From an uncultured Gammaproteobacteria bacterium (GTDB taxonomy: Bacteria; Pseudomonadota; Gammaproteobacteria; Pseudomonadales; JAHEGP01): a stretch of DNA of 64,000 nucleotides. This document shows, one piece after another, positions 13,050-23,334 of the stretch. The stretch lies in the NCBI GenBank assembly GCA_963808975.1, contig CAWEHR010000005.1, forward strand, positions 2,007-66,006. The letters run 5' to 3'. Numbering within the stretch: the stretch's first letter is position 1; every line of letters begins with the position of its first letter. Position numbers and translations under genes: made by a program. Under the pieces are notes generated by a model, which saw only the letters and a program-made list of their open reading frames with translations, was not told where the DNA came from and made no database searches.

Positions 13050-13859
13050 CTAGCGGCATTTGCAGCGAAAAAAGCGGCCATCCTCCAGCCGCATCAGGGT
13101 GAGCCTTCCCCCCCAGGCACAGCCAGTGTCGAGAGCAAAAATATTTTCTACTTCCATTTTGCCGTCCAGGGCAGCCCAGTGACCGAATACCAGTTTGTGG
13201 TTTTCCAGGCTCGGGTTGGGAAAACGATACCAGGGGAGAAACCCTAGACGCGACGATTCCGAGTGAGATTTATCCAGCAGGTCTAGGGTGCCATCGGCGG
13301 TACAGAAACGCATCCTGGTAAGGTAATTGGTTATCACGCGCAAGCGCTCCATGCCCCGCAAGTCCTTGCTCCAGCGCAGCGGTTCATCGCCGTACATGGC
13401 ATCCAGAAAATCCAGGTAGCGGGACGAGCACAGCATCTGCTCAACTTCGTGGGCACGCTTCTGGGTTCTGGCGAGGGTCCAGCCGGGGGGAATGCCGGCG
13501 TGCACCATCGAATAACCCAGTGCGGCATCGGTATAAAACAATGGCTGTTGGCGGAGCCAATCAACCAGCGCATCGCGTTCCGGCGATTGCAATACCGCGT
13601 CGAGGGTGTCCTTGGCGCGCGCGGGCCGCATTCCAGTAGCGACCGCCAGGAAGTGCAGGTCGTGATTGCCCAGCACGATTTTGGCCTGGTCGCCCAGGGA
13701 GCGCGCCAGTTGCAGCACTTCCAGCGACTGTGGCCCACGGTTGATAAGATCGCCGACAAACCACAGTTGATCCTTGCCCTGGTCGAACTTCACGCGTTTC
13801 AACAGGCCCATCAGGGGTTTATAGCAACCCTGGACGTCACCTACTGCATAAGTCGCCAT
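13050..13859 (-). CDS. apaH: Bis(5'-nucleosyl)-tetraphosphatase, symmetrical
   Basis: 269 aa. Contains MATYAVGDVQGCY, GDLINRGP and GNHDLH metallophosphatase motifs. Confidence 0.92.
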   Translation of the reverse strand: MATYAVGDVQGCYKPLMGLLKRVKFDQGKDQLWFVGDLINRGPQSLEVLQLARSLGDQAKIVLGNHDLHFLAVATGMRPARAKDTLDAVLQSPERDALVDWLRQQPLFYTDAALGYSMVHAGIPPGWTLARTQKRAHEVEQMLCSSRYLDFLDAMYGDEPLRWSKDLRGMERLRVITNYLTRMRFCTADGTLDLLDKSHSESSRLGFLPWYRFPNPSLENHKLVFGHWAALDGKMEVENIFALDTGCAWGGRLTLMRLEDGRFFRCKCR

Positions 13860-13936
13860 GGCTTATGCTACGCTCCCGCAGCAACACCCGTGGTTGCCTC
13901 GCCCGCGGATCGAGCCTGACCTGCCTGTGATTGATT

Positions 13937-14323
13937 TCAATGCAACGCCCTGGGATCTTTCAGACTGAAGCGTTCGATGACGGCGTCGAAGTAATCGCCG
14001 GAGTCGGTGACCATTTGATAGCTACCCTCCATGGTACCAACCGCCGTGTTGAGCATCGCGCCACTGGTATATTCGAAGGTGTCCCCGGGGGGGATATAGG
14101 GCTGTTCTCCGACCACGCCCTCACCATGCACTTCCTTTTTATCGTTGTTGCCGTCGGTTATCAACCAGTAGCGACTGAGCAGGCGCACGGGTTCGGTGCC
14201 GCGGTTGCTGATAGCGATGGTGTAGGCAAAGGCGAAGCGTCCATGTTCCGGGTCGGACTGCTCCGGTAAAAAGCGCGTGCTGACACGAATATCAATGTTT
14301 TCGTTTCGGGAACTTTGGGGCAT
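13937..14323 (-). CDS. apaG: ApaG
   Basis: Contains FAFAYTIAISNRG...RYWLITDGNN...GEGVVGEQP. Start chosen at MPQSSRN (14323), which gives 128 aa. It overlaps the rsmA 3' end by 32 nt. Confidence 0.85.
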   Translation of the reverse strand: MPQSSRNENIDIRVSTRFLPEQSDPEHGRFAFAYTIAISNRGTEPVRLLSRYWLITDGNNDKKEVHGEGVVGEQPYIPPGDTFEYTSGAMLNTAVGTMEGSYQMVTDSGDYFDAVIERFSLKDPRALH

Positions 14324-15116
14324 GAGACTCCGTGCTAGGGTCTGATATTGCGTTGCTGATGGCGACATAGTCCGCCAGTGACAAATTCTCGGGACGCATT
14401 TTACTATCAATTTGCAATTGAGTAAGTGCTTCTTCGCTGATTATTCCCTTGAGCGCATTGCGCAGCGTTTTGCGACGCTGCTGAAAAGCGGCATTGACTA
14501 CGTGGCCAAGCTGGCGCGGATTCGTCGCCGGATGCGGTAACTGCTGCCAGGGTTGCAGGCGCAACACAGCCGATTCAACCCTGGGAGCGGGGTGGAAAGC
14601 ACCCGGTGGCACCTCGAATAAGGGGTCGACCCGGCAGGCATACTGTACCATTAGGCTCAACCTGCCGTAATGTTTGCTCCCAGCAGTGGCGGCCATCCGC
14701 TGGACCACCTCCTTTTGCAGCATGAAGTGCATATCGGCGATAGCGTCAGCATGGGTTAAAAGGTGAAACAGCAACGGGGTCGAGATGTTGTAGGGGAGGT
14801 TGCCCACAATGCGCAATTTTTGATCATCGCGGCGCATCTCACTGTAGTCCTGGAGCAGGGCATCGGCCTGGATGACGGTGAAATTGGCGGCAAGACCAAA
14901 GCGAAGCAACAAATGAGGCACCAGGTCCCGGTCGATTTCGAGGGCGGTAATTTGTGCGCCGCTCGCAACCAGCGCCTCACTCAGCGCGCCTTCACCCGGC
15001 CCTATTTCCACGATGTGCTGCCCGGGTCGCGGTGCGATGGCAGTGATTATCTTGTCGATAACGCTGCTATCGCGCAGAAAATTCTGGCCGAACCTTTTGC
15101 GGGGGCGATGATTCAA
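14292..15116 (-). CDS. rsmA: 16S rRNA (adenine1518/1519-N6)-dimethyltransferase
   Basis: 274 aa. Contains RKRFGQNFLRD and EIGPGEGALS. Confidence 0.93.
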   Translation of the reverse strand: MNHRPRKRFGQNFLRDSSVIDKIITAIAPRPGQHIVEIGPGEGALSEALVASGAQITALEIDRDLVPHLLLRFGLAANFTVIQADALLQDYSEMRRDDQKLRIVGNLPYNISTPLLFHLLTHADAIADMHFMLQKEVVQRMAATAGSKHYGRLSLMVQYACRVDPLFEVPPGAFHPAPRVESAVLRLQPWQQLPHPATNPRQLGHVVNAAFQQRRKTLRNALKGIISEEALTQLQIDSKMRPENLSLADYVAISNAISDPSTESHAPKFPKRKH

Positions 15117-15158
15117 CGGCTTGTCCTGCAGTGTCGTTAAGCTAAGCGTGTCAGTGGG

Positions 15159-16712
15159 CTATTGTGTTTGATCAAGCCCGGAGAACGGGATACCTGCCAG
15201 GCGGGCCATGGGCCAGTCGAGAGTGGCGAGGTCGTCCCGGCTGAACTGGTTGAGGTGACTATGGCCACAGGCCCGCGCCATGACCTTCATCAGGTCCACT
15301 GACGCCTGCAGAAAGTTGCGCAGTTGCCCGGCTGATGCTTCGATATCCAGGCGCGCTCGCAGTTGGGGTTTTTGCGTCGCTATACCGGCGGGGCAGTTGT
15401 TGCTGTTGCAAATGCGAGCGGCAACGCAACCAATGGACTGCATGGCGCTGTTTGCCAGCGCGATACCATCGGCGCCCAGCGCTAGCGCCTTGATGAAGTC
15501 GTTGGGGACGCGCAGTCCGCCGGTGATCAGCAGGGTGACATCGCGGCCGACACCCCTGCTATCGAGGTGTCGCCTTGCCCGGGCGAGGGCGGGAATGGTC
15601 GGTACACTGATATGATCCCGGAACAGCAGCGGTGCGGCACCGGTGCCGCCGCCACGGCCATCGAGGATGATATAGTCGGCGCTCGCCTGCAGCGCAAAAT
15701 CGATATCTTTCTCGATGTGGTTGGCGCTCAGCTTGAAGCCGATGGGAATGCCGCCGGTGAGTTCCCGCACCCGGTCGGCGAAACGCTTGAAATCGTCCGG
15801 GGTGTCGAGATCGGCAAAAGTGGGCGGTGATATCGCGGGTTCGCCCTCGGGAATGCCGCGCACTGCGGCGATCTTGCCGACGTTCTTCGCCGCCGGCAGG
15901 TGGCCGCCGGTGCCGGTTTTCGCGCCCTGACCGCCCTTGAAGTGAAAGGCCTGGACGTTTTGCAGCAGCTTTTCGTTGTAACCGAACTGCGCGCTTGCCA
16001 GTTCATAGAAGTAGCGGCTGTTGGCCGCCTGTTCTTCCGGCAGCATTCCGCCCTCGCCTGAACAGATGCCCGTTCCGGCCAATTCGGCACCTTTGGCCAG
16101 GGCGATCTTGGCCTCTTCAGAGAGTGCACCGAAACTCATATCGGATACCAGCAGCGGAATATCCAGCCGCAGGGGCTTTTGCGCCCTGGGACCGATGATC
16201 AGCTCACTGCCCACCTCGACATCGTCCATCAGGGGTTTGCGCGCCAATTGGGCGACCATGATCTGGATAGTGTCCCAGAGGGGTAGCTGGTTCCGGGGCA
16301 CGCCCATCGCCGCCATCGGCCCGTGGTGACCGAATTTCGACAGGCCATCGCGGGCCAGTGCATGAATGAGTTCAACAGTGGGCTCTTCGGCTGTTGCTTT
16401 CGCCGCTGGTTTGCCGCCTTTTGCCTTGGCATCTACGCCGGGGCCTTCCGCGCCGACCTGCCCGGCCGAGAAGCGCGCATGGGTGCCATCGCAGAAAGGC
16501 GCATTACCCGTGTGTTTGCAGGCGCAAAGGGTGGCTTCCTGGCTCTCGTCCACCACAAACGCCCGCGGTGTGAAGCCGGTGCCGGCGTGTGAACCATCGC
16601 AGAAGGGCTGGTTGCTCGAGCGTCCACAGGCGCAAAACTGGTATTCCTCGCCGGCGGACAATTGGACTTTGACGGGTTTATTGTCGGCAATAACTGGATT
16701 CGGCATGGGCAT
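15159..16712 (-). CDS. Fusion protein: two CDGSH iron-sulfur motifs plus a glutamate-synthase-type FMN domain (GltB domain-2-like)
   Basis: 517 aa. The N-terminus has CACGRSSNQPFCDGSH and CACKHTGNAPFCDGTH. The rest resembles the GltS FMN domain (GEGGMLPEE, KGGQGAKTGTGGHLP, DGRGGGTGAAP). Confidence 0.85.
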   Translation of the reverse strand: MPMPNPVIADNKPVKVQLSAGEEYQFCACGRSSNQPFCDGSHAGTGFTPRAFVVDESQEATLCACKHTGNAPFCDGTHARFSAGQVGAEGPGVDAKAKGGKPAAKATAEEPTVELIHALARDGLSKFGHHGPMAAMGVPRNQLPLWDTIQIMVAQLARKPLMDDVEVGSELIIGPRAQKPLRLDIPLLVSDMSFGALSEEAKIALAKGAELAGTGICSGEGGMLPEEQAANSRYFYELASAQFGYNEKLLQNVQAFHFKGGQGAKTGTGGHLPAAKNVGKIAAVRGIPEGEPAISPPTFADLDTPDDFKRFADRVRELTGGIPIGFKLSANHIEKDIDFALQASADYIILDGRGGGTGAAPLLFRDHISVPTIPALARARRHLDSRGVGRDVTLLITGGLRVPNDFIKALALGADGIALANSAMQSIGCVAARICNSNNCPAGIATQKPQLRARLDIEASAGQLRNFLQASVDLMKVMARACGHSHLNQFSRDDLATLDWPMARLAGIPFSGLDQTQ

Positions 16713-16817
16713 AAACTCGCAGTTAGTGGCTGATGGTTATAACGCAGCTATTACGCCGTGCGCCGGCCGTGGGCCGAGGTGTGGACCTGACCTCGACACC
16801 GATGGCCGGTACCGCAC

Positions 16818-17822
16818 TCAAGCCAAGGCAGCGTTACTGCCCCTGCTTGCTGCGGCCATGGTGGCCGCCAGGTCGATGGCCTGCAACAAGCTGGCATTGC
16901 TCGCCCGCCCGCTGCCTGCCAGCTCGAGTGCCGTGCCGTGATCCACCGAGGTGCGCACTATTGGCAGGCCCAGGGTGATATTGACGCCGCCACCAAAGCT
17001 CCTTGACTTGAGCACCGGTAGGCCCTGGTCGTGGTACATCGCCAGGAACGCATCGAACCGCTCAAGGTTCTGTGGCGAAAATGCAGTGTCGGCGGACAGT
17101 GGCCCACTGAGTTGGTAACCTCTTTGCCGACAGGCGCGCAACACTGGTTCGATAATTTCGATTTCCTCGCGCCCCATGTGTCCGCCCTCGCCGGCGTGGG
17201 GGTTCAGCCCCAGCACGGCGATGTGGGGCTGGCTGATGGCGAAGTAGTGCTGCAAGTCGTGTCGCAGGATATCGATGGTGTGGCGCAGCAAGGTGGAATT
17301 GATGGAATCGCTGACCGCCCGCAGCGGCAGGTGCGTGGTTACCAATGCTACCCGCAGTTGCTCGCTGGCCAGCATCATTACCACCTTCGGGGTGTCGGTT
17401 CTTGCCGCCAGGTATTCGGTATGGCCGGTGAAAGGGATGCCCGCTTCGTTGATCACGGCCTTGTTGACCGGTGCGGTGACCATGCCCTGGTAAAGCCCGG
17501 CCTGGCAGCCGTTGATGGCCAGGTCGAGGGTCTGTAGTACGTAGCGGCTATTGGCCGGGTTGAGTTGTCCTGCCTGGCAGCTTGCACCGAGCGATACCGA
17601 ACGCACCCATAGCTCGCCGGCGGGAGCCGGGCGCGAGGGCGGTTCTGCGTCGATCTCGACAATCCTCACGGCCAGCCCCAGCTGCCGTGCGCGCTCGCGC
17701 AGCAGCGCCGCATCGGCGATGGCAATGGTGCGCACTGCGTGGGCCTGCATCGCGCTCTGCAGTACGATGTCGGGGCCGATGCCCGCAGGTTCTCCGGGTG
17801 TTATGGCGAGGCAGGGTGTCAT
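16818..17822 (-). CDS. pdxA: 4-hydroxythreonine-4-phosphate dehydrogenase
   Basis: 334 aa. Contains ITPGEPAGIGPD, HTEYL and GLNPHAGEGG. Confidence 0.93.
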   Translation of the reverse strand: MTPCLAITPGEPAGIGPDIVLQSAMQAHAVRTIAIADAALLRERARQLGLAVRIVEIDAEPPSRPAPAGELWVRSVSLGASCQAGQLNPANSRYVLQTLDLAINGCQAGLYQGMVTAPVNKAVINEAGIPFTGHTEYLAARTDTPKVVMMLASEQLRVALVTTHLPLRAVSDSINSTLLRHTIDILRHDLQHYFAISQPHIAVLGLNPHAGEGGHMGREEIEIIEPVLRACRQRGYQLSGPLSADTAFSPQNLERFDAFLAMYHDQGLPVLKSRSFGGGVNITLGLPIVRTSVDHGTALELAGSGRASNASLLQAIDLAATMAAASRGSNAALA

Positions 17823-19147
17823 GCGTTCTTGATGTCTACATAAGCTTCGTCACGGATTTTTTGCAGCCAGGCGTCCAGTTCATCCTGGAACTTGCGCTGG
17901 TACAGGTAGCGCCGGGCCTGTTCTCGGTCGTTCTCCGCGCTGATATCGTACTTGCGGCGCTGCTCAACCTGCAGGATATGCCAGCCGAATTGGCTGCGGA
18001 AGGGTTGGGATACCTCGCCAATATCGAGGTTGTTCATGGTCTTCTCGAACTCGGGAACGAACTGCCCGGGGCGCGACCAGCCGAGTTCACCGCCTTCCTG
18101 CGCCGAGCCATAGTCTTCGCTGTACTGGCGCGCGAGATCGGCAAAGTCCTCGCCTGACAGTACTTGCAGGCGCAGATCCTGTAACAATTGCTCGCTCTGC
18201 TGCTCGGTTCGAATTTCGGACGGTTTGACCAGGATATGGCGGGCGAGGGTCTGGTCGATTATCTGCGGCCCGCCACGTCGGTCGACCAGCTGCACCAGGT
18301 GCATGCCCGCCCCACTGCGAATGGGACCGGCGACCTGGCCGGGCTCCAACGAGGGTACGAATTCGGCAAACACGGCGGGTAGGTCGCTTTCCTTGCGCCA
18401 GCCCAGATCTCCTCCCTGGATCTCCCGGCCGCCATCCCTGCGGTATTGCGCCAACCACTCGAGCAGCGGGGTCCCCGCTTCGATCTGTTGCCGGGCGCGT
18501 TCGAATTCCCTGCGCTGGGGGACTTCGTCTGACGCCATTCCGATGTCATCCATGCTCAACAGCAAATGCGAGATGCGGTACTGGGGCGCGGTACGCGTCT
18601 TGCCTTCTTTCGACTGCAGAAAGTTATCGACCTCCTGATCGGTAATCTCGACCCGGTTGTTGATGTTGCCCGCCTGCACCTGCTGGATGATCATCTCATT
18701 GCGAATTTGCTCGCGGGTTGCGGTGTAGGATATGCCCTGCTGCTTGAGCATTGCGCGAAACTCCTCAAGGTTCAGGTTGTTCTGGGCAGCGACCCGGGTC
18801 ATGGCATCGTTGAGCTGGGCGTCGCTGATGCGCACCCCGGCCCGGCGCGCCATTTGCAGTTGCAGGTTTTCGACGATCATCTGGTTGAGGATCTGGCGGC
18901 GCATTTCGTCTGCGGGCGGTAACGGTCTGTCCTGGGAGCTTATCTGGGCCTTGACCTGGTTGATGCGCTGCTCCAGCTCGCTCTCCATTACCACGTCATC
19001 GTCGACGATGGCTGCCACCTGGTCGAGCAACTCGAGCCCAAGGGCGGTGTTGCTGCCACCAAGCAGTAGCGCCAGTGTGGCCAGCCATAGTCTGCCGTGG
19101 AAGCGTATCTGTGTCTTAAAAATGGTCACGTTCTTCATATTCCTCAA
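17819..19147 (-). CDS. surA: Periplasmic chaperone/PPIase SurA
   Basis: 442 aa with a signal peptide and two parvulin domains. It overlaps the pdxA start by 4 nt. The start may instead be at 19138. Confidence 0.92.
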   Translation of the reverse strand: MRNMKNVTIFKTQIRFHGRLWLATLALLLGGSNTALGLELLDQVAAIVDDDVVMESELEQRINQVKAQISSQDRPLPPADEMRRQILNQMIVENLQLQMARRAGVRISDAQLNDAMTRVAAQNNLNLEEFRAMLKQQGISYTATREQIRNEMIIQQVQAGNINNRVEITDQEVDNFLQSKEGKTRTAPQYRISHLLLSMDDIGMASDEVPQRREFERARQQIEAGTPLLEWLAQYRRDGGREIQGGDLGWRKESDLPAVFAEFVPSLEPGQVAGPIRSGAGMHLVQLVDRRGGPQIIDQTLARHILVKPSEIRTEQQSEQLLQDLRLQVLSGEDFADLARQYSEDYGSAQEGGELGWSRPGQFVPEFEKTMNNLDIGEVSQPFRSQFGWHILQVEQRRKYDISAENDREQARRYLYQRKFQDELDAWLQKIRDEAYVDIKNA

Positions 19148-21506
19148 ATCCTACGATGGAGTCTTCAAGCACCGACTTGACACCGGTATCGGTGCCCCCG
19201 AGGCCCTTCATTTCGAGTTGGAAGTAGATACCACGGTCGGTTTCCAATGACGAGTCGAGGCCTTTCTGGTAGGCCAGTCGCGCCTTCCAGCAACAGGAGT
19301 TGTATTCGATGCCGAACACCTGTCCCAGGGTGCGGGTGTTGGTATGGTCATAGTTGTAGCGGCCCAGCAGTGCCCAGTGGCGGCGCAGGGGGATGATCGC
19401 CGAGACATCGGTCTGGCGAATGGTATTGTCAATGGCCACACCATTGATGCTGAGCTCTCCCTGGCGTCGGTAGTTGTAACCCAGGTTAAGTACCATGCCT
19501 CGATCGGTATTGTAGCGAAAACGGGCCCCGGCCTGATTCAGCTGATTGTCGCCGGTTTCGTAAAGAGCCGACACATAGCTGCGCAGGTTGCGGGTCCACT
19601 GGTAGCCCATTTCACCGGCGAGCTGGGAGCTGTCGCTGGTGTCGATGATATTGTTGCCCTCCAGGATGTTGACCTTGCGATCGATAAAGTAAAGGATCTG
19701 ACCGAGGCTGGCCCAAAGAGTTTCAGTGCCGCTGCTATCCTGGATCAGGCGCGAGGTGACACCGATGGATAATTGGTTGGCGTCGGGAATGCGATCGTAG
19801 CCGGTAAAACGGCTCTCCCGAAAGAGTTGGTTGTAGTCGAAGGTAGTAAAACCGGTATCGAACAGAGGTTGGTCAGTCTGGTCTTCGAACTTGTTGTACA
19901 GATAGTAGATTCGAGGCTCCAGGGTGGTGGTGAAAGACTGGTCAAACCACCGGCTTGGGCGTTCGAAATACAGGCCGGCATCCAGGCTCGCCATCGGTAG
20001 GGTTGCCGCTGGTCGCTCGTCTTCAACGGGCTGGCCGGGAAGCAGGTCATGGTCGTCGTTGAGGTCGTAGCGTACCGACTTCAGCTTTACCGTGGGCGTG
20101 ATGTACCCCCAGGGACGATACATGGGGAAGCTTATTCCCGGCTCGAGATAGATTCGGGAGCCGATGGCGCGATCGGGGTTATCGATATCGAACTGGGTGA
20201 GTTGGGCTTTCAGCAGCCAGGTCGGGCGAAACGACTGGTTGTCGGTGCTCACATTGAGGAATAACTGGGGCAGGCGGCGATACTGCTCTGCCACAAACTC
20301 GTCGATGACCTGGTACTGCACAAACTGGGCCGAGAAGTTGAAATAGCGGCCTGCCTTGGCAATCAGGGCACTTTGTTCCAGGCTTGTGCTGCGCTTGATC
20401 TCCAGGCTGGTGGCTCCACTGAGGTCGGTGAAGTAGTCCTGGTCGCTCACCTCGGTGTAGTTGATGCGATGAAACCAGCCCCCGGGCAGAATACCGTTTT
20501 CGTTGACGGCGTAAAACCAGCGGGAATCGCCGTATTCCTTGTCGTCGATCCAGGATCCGGCGACTACCCAACTACTATAGCGATTCAGGTGTCGGGCCTC
20601 GACTTCGGCGGCGGTTCCCCGCGAGGCAATATATCGAGCGGCAAGGGTGGCGTCCCAGTTAGGCGCAATATTCCAGTAGAAGGGTACTGACAAATCAAGG
20701 CCCCCCGAACTCGAACTGGCGCTGATGGAGGGGAATAGCAGGCCGCTGCGGCGCCGATTGTCGATGGGAAACGTGAGGTAGGGCCAATAGAAGATGGGAA
20801 CGCCGGCAACGCGAAGCTTGGCGTGTCGGGCGGCGCCAAAGCCGGTTTCCTGGTCGAGCTCAATTTCATCGGCTGTCAGGCGCCACGCCTGGCTATTGGG
20901 CGCACAATGGGTATAGGCGCCGTTGCTGAGCTTGACGACGGTTTTTGATTCTCGTTCGACCTGGTCCGCCGAGCCCCGTGCATGAGCTTCGTGGAAAACG
21001 TACTGCGCGCCGTCCAGGGTTCCGGTGCCCGCCTCGACATCGACCTGCGCCGAACTGCCGCGAACCAGCAGGCCCCTGTCCCGCAGTTCAATATTGCCCT
21101 CGGCCCGGAGCTGTCCGGTCTCGGAGTCGTAGGTCGCCTCGTCGGCTTTTAGCAGCAGGTCGCCCTTGGCCAGGCTGACATTGCCATAAAGCCGCGCGTT
21201 CTGGTTTTTGCTTAGTTCTGAATTATCGGCGGAGCCCCTGAGCGGGGATTTTTCCGGGTCTTGCCCTGCTTCCGGGTTTGTGTTCACCGGCTCGACGTAC
21301 GCGCCTTCACAGTAGGACGGGGTAATTTCAAGTTGTTGTGGGCTCAGTTCGTCTACCGCATACCAGTCCAGCGATCGATTATAGGCACGCTCTGCCTCAC
21401 CCGCACTGGCAGCGCCCGTTGCACCGATGCTGGCGGCGGCCACAGCCAGCAGCAGGATCGGTGCTGCCTGTGGCGACAGTCGATTGACAGGCTTTATTAC
21501 CGCCAA
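19116..21506 (-). CDS. lptD: LPS-assembly outer-membrane protein LptD
   Basis: 796 aa with a signal peptide, and OstA-like and beta-barrel regions. The lptD-surA-pdxA order is conserved. Confidence 0.93.
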   Translation of the reverse strand: MAVIKPVNRLSPQAAPILLLAVAAASIGATGAASAGEAERAYNRSLDWYAVDELSPQQLEITPSYCEGAYVEPVNTNPEAGQDPEKSPLRGSADNSELSKNQNARLYGNVSLAKGDLLLKADEATYDSETGQLRAEGNIELRDRGLLVRGSSAQVDVEAGTGTLDGAQYVFHEAHARGSADQVERESKTVVKLSNGAYTHCAPNSQAWRLTADEIELDQETGFGAARHAKLRVAGVPIFYWPYLTFPIDNRRRSGLLFPSISASSSSGGLDLSVPFYWNIAPNWDATLAARYIASRGTAAEVEARHLNRYSSWVVAGSWIDDKEYGDSRWFYAVNENGILPGGWFHRINYTEVSDQDYFTDLSGATSLEIKRSTSLEQSALIAKAGRYFNFSAQFVQYQVIDEFVAEQYRRLPQLFLNVSTDNQSFRPTWLLKAQLTQFDIDNPDRAIGSRIYLEPGISFPMYRPWGYITPTVKLKSVRYDLNDDHDLLPGQPVEDERPAATLPMASLDAGLYFERPSRWFDQSFTTTLEPRIYYLYNKFEDQTDQPLFDTGFTTFDYNQLFRESRFTGYDRIPDANQLSIGVTSRLIQDSSGTETLWASLGQILYFIDRKVNILEGNNIIDTSDSSQLAGEMGYQWTRNLRSYVSALYETGDNQLNQAGARFRYNTDRGMVLNLGYNYRRQGELSINGVAIDNTIRQTDVSAIIPLRRHWALLGRYNYDHTNTRTLGQVFGIEYNSCCWKARLAYQKGLDSSLETDRGIYFQLEMKGLGGTDTGVKSVLEDSIVGFEEYEERDHF

Positions 21507-21646
21507 GCTGGTTTCTCCGGGGTCGGGCGGTTATCGATGAGCCGCTGATTTTTCGAAGTGCTGTTTTCATTGTTTTAAAAGAACGGCGATAATAAAACAT
21601 TAGTCAGCCGCTGCCCAGCGGTGGTACGGAATCGGGGGAGTTTTCA

Positions 21647-22645
21647 GTGCAGAAAGTCGAAACGGCGAGGTCGGGCGGGCGCCGTCAGGCCCTGGATGCG
21701 TGGGTGGCAGCACAACTGGGCGAGACGCAATTGGCGATGAAGCCCGCTTCCAGCGACGCCAGCTTTCGTCGCTATTTTCGTGTTACCAGCGGAGGTAAGA
21801 GTCTGGTAGTGATGGATGCGCCACCAGGACAGGAAGATTGCCGGCCGTTCGTCAAGGTTGCCGAGTTGTTCGGCCGTGCAGGAGTGAACGTGCCGACGGT
21901 CCTGGCCAGCGATATCGAGCGTGGTTTCCTGCTGCTCGAGGATCTTGGCTTGCAGACTTACCTGGACGTGCTCGATGCCGATAATGCGGATGCCCTTTTT
22001 ACCGACGCCATCGGCGCGTTGATCCGAATCCAGCAGGCAAGTCGTCCCGGGGTACTGCCGGCATACGATGCCGTGCTGTTGCGACGCGAACTGGAGCTCT
22101 TCCCCGAGTGGTACCTCGGGCATGAACTGGGCTGGACCCTGGATGGCGAACTGCGTGCCGAGCTCGATGAGCTGTTTGCATTGCTGGTGAGCCGGGCGCT
22201 GTCCCAGCGGCGGGTATTCGTGCACCGCGACTACATGCCCCGAAACCTGATGATCAGCGCGCCCAACCCGGGGGTCATCGATTTCCAGGACGCGGTTTAT
22301 GGGCCAATCAGTTACGACCCAATCTGCCTTTTCAAAGACGCCTTCATCAGTTGGCCCGAATCCCGGCTAATGATCTGGTTGGAGCAATATTGGCTGGGTG
22401 CGCAGGAGGCGGGTTTACCAGTGCCTGCCGATTTTGACGATTTCTATCGCGACTGCGATTTAATGGGCGCCCAGCGCCACCTCAAGGTGATCGGCATTTT
22501 TGCGCGCATCTGCCACCGAGATGGCAAACCGGGATATCTGCAAGATGTGCCCCGGTTTCTGGCTTACCTGCGTGGAGTTGCCGATCGCAACCCGGAACTG
22601 GGCTCCCTGCGGCGGCTGCTGGACCGACTGGAGCCCGCAACGTGA
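21647..22645 (+). CDS. amgK: N-acetylmuramate/N-acetylglucosamine kinase (aminoglycoside-phosphotransferase fold)
   Basis: 332 aa with a GTG start. Contains SDASFRRYFRV and an HRDYMPRNLM catalytic loop. It is paired with murU and divergent from lptD, as in Pseudomonas. Confidence 0.8.
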   Translation: MQKVETARSGGRRQALDAWVAAQLGETQLAMKPASSDASFRRYFRVTSGGKSLVVMDAPPGQEDCRPFVKVAELFGRAGVNVPTVLASDIERGFLLLEDLGLQTYLDVLDADNADALFTDAIGALIRIQQASRPGVLPAYDAVLLRRELELFPEWYLGHELGWTLDGELRAELDELFALLVSRALSQRRVFVHRDYMPRNLMISAPNPGVIDFQDAVYGPISYDPICLFKDAFISWPESRLMIWLEQYWLGAQEAGLPVPADFDDFYRDCDLMGAQRHLKVIGIFARICHRDGKPGYLQDVPRFLAYLRGVADRNPELGSLRRLLDRLEPAT

Positions 22646-23310
22646 AGGCTATGATTCTCGCTGCAGGGCATGGCAAGCGTATGCGTCCGCTAACCGCGAC
22701 CACCCCCAAGCCTTTATTGCAGGTTGGCGGCAAGCCCCTACTGCAATACCACATAGAGGCGCTGGTGGCCTCGGGCATGGTCGATATTGTTATCAACACC
22801 GCCTGGTTGGGAGAGCAGATTGCGGCATTCGTAGGTGATGGCTCGCAATTCGGTGCCCGTATAGCGGTGTCTCCCGAGGGTACGCCGCTGGAAACCGCAG
22901 GCGGTATCAGGCGCGCGCTACCGCTGTTGGGTGAAGGCCGGTTTGTGGTGGTGAATGGCGATATCTGGACCGACTACGACTTTGCCAGCCTGTGGCGTGT
23001 CGACCCAGCAGTGACGGCGCATCTGGTGCTGGTGCCCAATCCACCACAGCACCCGGCGGGGGATTTCTGCCTGGATAATGCCGGTGTAGTCAACCCGGTC
23101 GACGGCCCGCGTTACACCTATTCCGGAATCAGCATGTTGTCTGTGGCGATGTTCGAATCGCTAGCTGACGGGCCGTCGGCACTGGCTCCCCTGCTGCGGG
23201 CGCAGCCCGCCGGTGCGGTGACCGGAGAATACTATCGAGGGCGCTGGTTCGATGTAGGTACGCCCCGGCGCCTGGCCGAACTCGATACGCAGCTTAGTGT
23301 CACTCACTGA
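22642..23310 (+). CDS. murU: N-acetylmuramate alpha-1-phosphate uridylyltransferase
   Basis: 222 aa. Contains the nucleotidyltransferase motif MILAAGHGKRMRPLT. It overlaps the amgK stop by 4 nt. Confidence 0.8.
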   Translation: MKAMILAAGHGKRMRPLTATTPKPLLQVGGKPLLQYHIEALVASGMVDIVINTAWLGEQIAAFVGDGSQFGARIAVSPEGTPLETAGGIRRALPLLGEGRFVVVNGDIWTDYDFASLWRVDPAVTAHLVLVPNPPQHPAGDFCLDNAGVVNPVDGPRYTYSGISMLSVAMFESLADGPSALAPLLRAQPAGAVTGEYYRGRWFDVGTPRRLAELDTQLSVTH

Positions 23311-23334
23311 ACAACTCCTCGGGAGATACCTGTT

